Assembly: GCF_009914755.1 (NCBI RefSeq)
Contig: NC_060926.1
Length of the DNA: 64,000 bases
DNA from: the human T2T-CHM13v2.0 reference genome, Homo sapiens
Strand: one strand, 5' to 3'
Made by a program: the position numbers and the translations under genes. The notes beneath the pieces are model-generated. The model searched no databases. It was not told where the DNA came from and saw only the letters and a list, made by a program, of their open reading frames with translations. Shown here piece after piece: positions 54,309 to 64,000 of this stretch. Position 1 is the first letter of the stretch. Each line of letters opens with the position of its first letter.

Positions 54309-56718
54309 GTTAAATAATGTTATTCAGACTATGTGAAAAAAGGCAAATACTATGAGCCAACTGTTTGTTTCAACCCACAAACCATTTCTACATTTATTTA
54401 AAGGTAACAGGTTATCATCAAATAACATCTATTGTCTCTTCTTGTCTGATCCCAGAGAGTCAACCAAAAAGTAACATTTTTGGCACTTTTTGCCAGTGCT
54501 CATGGGAAAGATTTGTAGATAGCAGCTGCAGGACACTTTCTCCAGGGTGGATTTAGTGTTTGATAACCAAGTACAATGATACAAGATCTCCTTACAAACC
54601 TCAGTGTTTCTGAAACAAGAGGATATTTCTGAAACAAGAGGAAACTTTCTTGACGACCAGTCAGGAGTGTAGTCTCACAATTGAAGTTGGGCAAAAAGTG
54701 GTGTGTTTCTTGCCTTTTAAAGAGTAATTTATGAGTATTTCTAAAATCCAATGTTTATTTTTTTAAATAGATGGATATAGATTTCACTAGAATATATAAT
54801 TGTTATACAGAACTTATTACCAAGTAATCATTAAACTTTGTTTTTCTTTTTACTTCCTTGCCTCTTCTTTACAGAAGGGAAGGAGAGTTTACCCTGGAGT
54901 TTATAAGTTCTATAAGGACAATGATTTTTTTCTTCACCATTTCATCTACAGCAATAAACCAGTTAACACACAATTTTTTAAAGTTTTATGAATTAATGGA
55001 TGAATGAACAAATGGGTGTGTTAAACATCTGCCGAGAAGTAATGAAACAGATTGACTCCTAAATGTCTCTAGATATGGTGGGATTGTAATATTCACAATT
55101 AGAACTAACCTATTGTCTCGTATATGGTTATATTAAACATTTTTGTTCACCAGCCAGGAAAAAATACTCTTAGATACTATATACTTTCAAGAGTCAGCCT
55201 GCGAATAACTTTTCATATCCTTTCCTGCTCTTACTTTGATGCTAACCTAAGGCTGCTTCCAGGTGGTAACTTAGTGAGGTATATTGCTGTCCAATCAATT
55301 GACTGATTGCATTCTTTTTCTCATCACTTCCCTTGTCTTGCTTTCCTTTCGGCTGAGAAAATTCTGCGTTTCTTAACACATTATCATTTCAACACCCTAT
55401 CTATTGGCCTACAGGTTTTTGTCGTTGAACACATACTTAGCAGTAGCAGCAGGTTGCTGAAATCTTGGGATCCAACATAAAACTATTTGTAATAGCCGGT
55501 AGATCCTAAATAACACAGTTTCTCCAGAGCTAGAAATGGTAGCTACTTTTCTTTATATTTCATGAAGAAATAGAGCTGCAATCTCAAATAACTAGAATAG
55601 GCTTAAAGACCTGGATAGTTAACATGATAGATTTGAAGAGACAAATTAAAAAAATCTACATATGTAAAGAGTCAACTTTGTATTTGGAGTCTGGTGTTCA
55701 ATTTGCTCTCTTAGAAATCAGAAGTTCACGAACTCAGAAATTTTGGAGGCTGCAGAACCATTGGAAGTCTAGCAACATAAAACACATCAAAAGAGAATAG
55801 CTGGGTTTATCCTTGGCACAGTCAAGCTCTTCTACCTTGTGACAATCTGTTTCCTGGGGTCCCATGTTCTATTTTAACCTGAAAATATAACAACATTCAG
55901 TTATTACCTTAATAACAATAACTATGGTTTATTGGTTGCACAAATTTAATTACAAGCATCCTGAAAGGTAGGCATTATTTATTAAGTCTTTCTTTACTTA
56001 CGGAGAAAGAGATGCACAATTCAGTTAGTTAGTGGAGTGGCCTTAGGCTACACAGCTCCTAATTAGTGGAGACTGTGTGGCTTTCTTATTATAATTATTT
56101 CTCAGAAAGAATGGTTTCTTAACACTTGCATTTGAGTGTAAAACCAAAAGCTTCACCTACATTTTGAAACTGTTAGTCTTAATGACTCTTAAGGTGGAAT
56201 ATTTTATGTTTCCTTAAACACACAAGAGCCTTTGTCCCAAATCTCTCTGCATATATAGACTTCTTTTTTTGTCATGGCAGACATAGCAATCATCTCACTT
56301 GTGTGTTCAGTTGTTCCTCAGTGTCTGTAAGAAATTGGTCCCAGGATCCCCTAAGGATGTGAAAATCCATGGTTGCTCAAGTCTCTTACACAGAATGGCA
56401 TTGTATTTGCGTACAACCTACACCCTAACATATACTTTAAATCATCTCTGGATTACTTGTAATATCTAATGAAATGTAAATACTATGTAAATAGCTGTTA
56501 TACTATATTGTTTAGGAAATAATGACAAGACTAGCCTGGGCAACCTAGTGGAATCCCATCTCTACAAAAAATAAAAATAAAAAAGCTAGGTGTGGTGGCA
56601 CATGCCTATAGTCTCAAGTACTCTACTGAGGAGTCTGAGGAAAGATCACTTGAGCCCAGGAGGTCAAGGCTGCAGTGAGCTGTGATTGTGAAACTATACT
56701 CCAGCCTGGGTGGCAGAG

Positions 56719-59697
<2,979 letters not shown>

Positions 59698-60359
59698 AGG
59701 AGTCTAAATGCTCAGAATAGACAAGTAAAAAAAAAAGAAAACTTTTTTTTTTCACAATAGTTTGAATCCAGAGATGTAGAACCCAGGAATACAGATAGCC
59801 AACTGCATTTACTTGATGATGCCTTGATGATGTGAAAGAGCTGTCTGGGCTTCCTAAGTTAGGGCGATTTATGTCTGAGCAAAACATTGAAGAGTCAGTG
59901 CACATAATGCGTTATTCAGCAAATATTTAGAGATAGTATCATATGTTAAGACTTTTTTCTTTTTTTTTTTTAACTTTAGGATTTGAAGTAAGAGAATCAT
60001 AAGGGGGCAATAATTAGTTAAATCTAATATGAGATTAGAATTATAGAAAATCAAAGCTTGCTTCCCCAGAGAGATACCTAAGATGGACGATAAAAATGGC
60101 AAGCAAGTTCCCAGTAATGAAGACAAAGAGGAAAATAGACCAATTTTCTAATTTGAAGGGCTCTGAGAATAAAACCAATTAAACTGTCTCTAGAACTAAG
60201 GCCTGATCAAATTTTCTGAGCACACACACAATATATTGCACAATTACCACAACAACTTCCACTCAACAGTAAATAGAAGTCTTATTTTTAATAGGCATAT
60301 CTTATAACCTATCTTAATGGAGTATAGTTATTAAATTATTGCTCTAGGAATGCTTACTC

Positions 60360-60724
60360 CAGGATGAAAATCCTTTAATTGAAATTCTTAAGGCCAGAAT
60401 TGCTCCTGATTTTTTATTTTTTGGATTTTGGAATATTTGCATATAGATAATGAGATATCTTGAGGTAGGACCTAAGTCTCAACATGAAATTCATTTATGT
60501 TTCATATGTACCTCATACACATAGCCTGAAGGTGATTTTATACAATATTTTTAATAATTTTGTACATGAGACAAAGTTCACGTGTATTGAATCATCAGAA
60601 AGCAACAGTGTTACTATCTCAGCCACCCACATTGACAATCTATGGTGTCATGTTGAAACTTAAAGTGTTTTAAATTTGGCGGTATTTTGAGTTTTAGATT
60701 ATTGCATTAGAGATGCTCAGCCTG
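60360..60724. mobile_element. Tigger4b/MER46-type DNA transposon
   Basis: 'ggattttggaatatttgcatat...aaattcatttatgtttcatat...cacatagcctgaaggt...gatgctcagcctg' followed by TA. Confidence 0.85.
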
Positions 60725-61139
60725 TATTTTTTTTATTCTTTCTATCTTAATTTGTATTTTCTAACTTTAAATACATATATCATTTTTAATAATTAAACAC
60801 TGTTAACTTTCTGGAAAGTCTGATTTTTTAAATTTTACTTTTTTATTTTTTCTTCAGACATTTGTTAAGTTAATTTCTATGGTTAGCTGCAGATTATAGG
60901 AAAAATCTTTTACCAAATTAAAAATAGTCCTCCCAAACTCCATACACTCAACTTCTACACTAACCAATCCAAACCAAACTTTAATGCGATCACTGCTTCA
61001 CTACATTGTGGTAAATTTTTGAATTGAAGAAAGTCTCAAAGACTCAAGCGTTGTCATGGATTAGAGTAATTTTTAATCTACCGTTCATCACAAAGCTTAC
61101 AAGTTATACACATGTCCACTCAAAATACTCAAAAGCAAC

Positions 61140-61523
61140 AACATCCTGTGGAAATATAAGCAAGACATATACTCAATTTGGAATTTTCTAATAGGCTAGG
61201 TGTGATGGCACATGCCTGTAATCCCTCAATGTGTCTATGTACACTATGTGTATATATATATAATAGAATTTTCTAATAGCTACATTAAAAAGTTAACTGA
61301 AGCCAATGAAACTAATGTTAGTAATGTATTTTAACACAAAATGTCAAAAAAATTATTTCAGCATCAATTCAATGTAAATTGCCAATAATATATTTTCATT
61401 TTTTTCTGCATAAAGTCTTCAGACTGTAGTGTGTCATTTACACTCATGTCAATTTGGAATAGCCACACTCCAGATGTTCCACAGCCACACATGGTGAGTA
61501 GCTTACATATTTGCGCAACACAG
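61140..61523. mobile_element. MER33 (hAT-Charlie) carrying a 72-bp Alu remnant
   Basis: 'aattttctaatagctacattaaaaag...tcaatttggaatagccacactccag...agccacacatgg...caacacag'. Confidence 0.75.
61194..61265 (+). mobile_element. Alu remnant: 5' 32 bp plus a TA-rich tail, with a perfect TSD
   Basis: 'ggctaggtgtgatggcacatgcctgtaatccc' flanked by gaattttctaata at 61181-61193 and 61266-61278. Confidence 0.8.
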
Positions 61524-62794
61524 CTCTAGAAGGTAGATATTGTTTCTCCTCAGGAGGACTCACAGGAATTATCTAGTACAGAAGATCCTTTTTCTGAATA
61601 TTTTTCTGCAGTCCATTGCAGATCCCAACTTACGGTCTTACTGCACATGACTCTCATATGTGACCCACACAAGTGTCAATACCTGGGCTGCACTGTGCTC
61701 CACAAGGTGGGGTTTGGAGGCCAACGCAATGACGACATGCCTTGTATATGTACATAAAATAGATGGCTCACAGGACAATTATTTAACCATCATGACACTA
61801 AAAGATTATTTTTCAGGCTTGAAAATCCTAAAAGTATATTGCAAAGGTGACCTTCCTTTTGCCAATAACCTAAATGAAAATGTAACCTGACGATTGTGGT
61901 AACATGTTCTTCTCTTATAAAATTTGACCCAAAAAGTCTGTATGCCACCAAATTCACACTTGAAATTCTTTACTAATTCTAATTAGTACATAGAAGTGAT
62001 TATAATTGATTTTATTAAGTACCAAAAACACTTAAAAGTATTTTAAGAATTTCTTAATTTTATAAATTTAGTCCTTCTTTTAACAAAGGTAGGTTTATTA
62101 AATTCTGACTAGAGTTACTAAAAGCCATCCTTGCCAAAGAATTTGCTTATATTTATTTTAAAACCTTATATTTAAAAAGCTGTACTACTTTTTAATACAT
62201 TGGAAAGTCAATGTTCACATGCGCACTTTAAAAAGTGGTTTATAATATATGAACATCTGCTCTGCTCTATTCAGAAGATCAACAGGGAAAGTGTGATAGG
62301 ATATTAAGTGTTGTCCACATCATTACTGTTACAATGAGTAAGATAAATATTTGAACATAATGGCATAGTTCATCATAAAAACATATTGAGGTTTTTGGGG
62401 AATTCATACTGTTTCATTTAAACACAGCAGAAAGTAAAGGCTTGAAGTGTGCATGGAGAAAGGGCTTGAGGAACTGGGAGCTTTTCCCTTACTATGATAT
62501 TCAGTAAAGCCCTATTAACTCAGACCCTTCAAAGTTTGAAAATTAAGGTTTTCAGGCATGGTACAATTGATTTGAGGTTAGTAAAAATTTGGGAATAATA
62601 TCTTTCCTTGTGATGTATAAAACTATTGCTCATGAGAAAGGAGAATATGGAACAATCAAAGCAAGGATTCAAAAAAAAAAAAAAAAAAAAGGAACCAGAA
62701 CAAAAAGGAATATGTCTCTGTAAAGGCTGTTAGAGTTTTGAATTCAGGAAGTAGTGTTGACCGGCAAAGGGTCGGGGCATAGATGACAGACACA

Positions 62795-62935
62795 GGCGAT
62801 TGGTATGAGCCCTGGCTGCTTCTCACCATGTACTCTTAGCTGTCATTAGAATCCCTGGGCTTCTGCTTCCTCACCTTTACAGTAAAAGGTGGAAGAGATG
62901 ATCATTAATTTTCTTGCCAGCTCTCAGAGTTCAAG
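62795..62935 (+). mobile_element. MIR/MIR3 relic
   Basis: 'ccctgggcttctgcttcctcacctttacagtaaaaggtgga...ttgccagctct'. Confidence 0.6.
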
Positions 62936-63654
62936 ACTGTAATTTTTATATGCTAAATAATATATGTGTTTAGGACATATTGCTACATAATTGAGATAAA
63001 TGGGCATTTATTCCTGTTCAATAAATCAGGGCTTAGGTAGTATTTCCTCTATAAGTTTTTTTTTCCAGCTTTTCCTATTTTACTTCTTCTTCATAATTAG
63101 AGAAAGCAGCCAACAGATGGATGTTGGTGTCGGATTTGTGACACTGCCCATCTCACCGCTCTAATTTTGTATCCACTTGTTCAATGATGGCAAAGATAGT
63201 ATTTTATATTAATTTAGTACTTAGGCCAGTATTTGTACATAAGTACTAAATAGATAACAAGATATTTAAACCTAACACAAAATTTTATATGTAACTTAAA
63301 ATGTGTTTACAAATAAACATTTTTTTCCATCTCTCTGTTTCTTTAAGCCTGTCAGGATTAGCCACATGTGATTAGCTAGTTGGCTCATAAACAAAGTTGC
63401 AAGTAATATTTTTTTAGCTTCTAAAAGAGTACATCACATAAGCTACTGGAGATCTGAAAGAAAGTATGAGAATTTCTCTCTCTGTTTTTGTTTTGCCTTT
63501 TTGAAATTTTTATTTTTCCATACATTTTATAAAATACACCACCTTTTTATAGAGCTTGACAGATTTGCTATTTGAAAGTAAATACTGAGGATAGATTTAA
63601 ATTGCATGTACTATAGGTAGACATGTTCAAGAAAGTTGGGGATTTACTCTCTAA

Positions 63655-63945
63655 AACTGTGTTGTCCCATGGAGACATAAGCCACATGCATAATTTAAAT
63701 TTCCTGGTAGATAAATTAACAGAAAATCAGTAAAATCATATATCCAACATATCTCAAATGTCCTTTAATAGGTAAACAATATACATTTATTAATGCTACA
63801 TTTCATATTCATATATTTATTTATTTATTTACTAATCTTGGAAATCCAATGTGTATTTTATACTTACAACGTATCTCTGGACCAGCTGCACTCCAAGTGC
63901 TCAGTAGTTACGTGCAGCTAAGCAGTTCAGTTCTCAAAGCCACGC
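63655..63945. mobile_element. MER33-like remnant
   Basis: 'agccacatgcataatttaaatttcctggtag...gaaatccaatgtgtattttatacttaca...caagtgctcagtag'. Confidence 0.7.
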
Positions 63946-64000
63946 AAAGAAGCTCTTTCTCCAATTGGTTTGGTCTTGGCTCTCCTTCTTGTTATAGTTT

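Overview
This is primate (human-like) nuclear DNA, not microbial. It is AT-rich and CpG-depleted, with no CpG island, and reads as gene-poor intergenic or deep intronic sequence. I found no credible host exon, RNA gene, CRISPR array or operon. Roughly half the window is recognisable interspersed repeat. It holds a long decayed L1PA15/16-type LINE-1 (1-5890, interrupted by an Alu and an MSTA LTR), further L1 fragments and about eleven Alus. It also holds a complete THE1 (MaLR) provirus, solo LTRs (LTR8-like, LTR33, MLT1, MLT2, MST), DNA-transposon fossils (MER2, MER5, MER33, MER47, MER82, Tigger4, MER115), many MIR/L2 relics and microsatellites. The ORF track consists of repeat-derived or chance ORFs. 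I see no evidence of a new biological system. The best observations are structural: two multi-level nested insertions, an Alu almost entirely deleted but with perfect TSDs, a THE1/MLT2 fusion junction, and perfect short tandem duplications inside old sequence. Family and subfamily names come from my recall of consensus sequences, not from a RepeatMasker/Dfam run. Boundaries of old elements are approximate.
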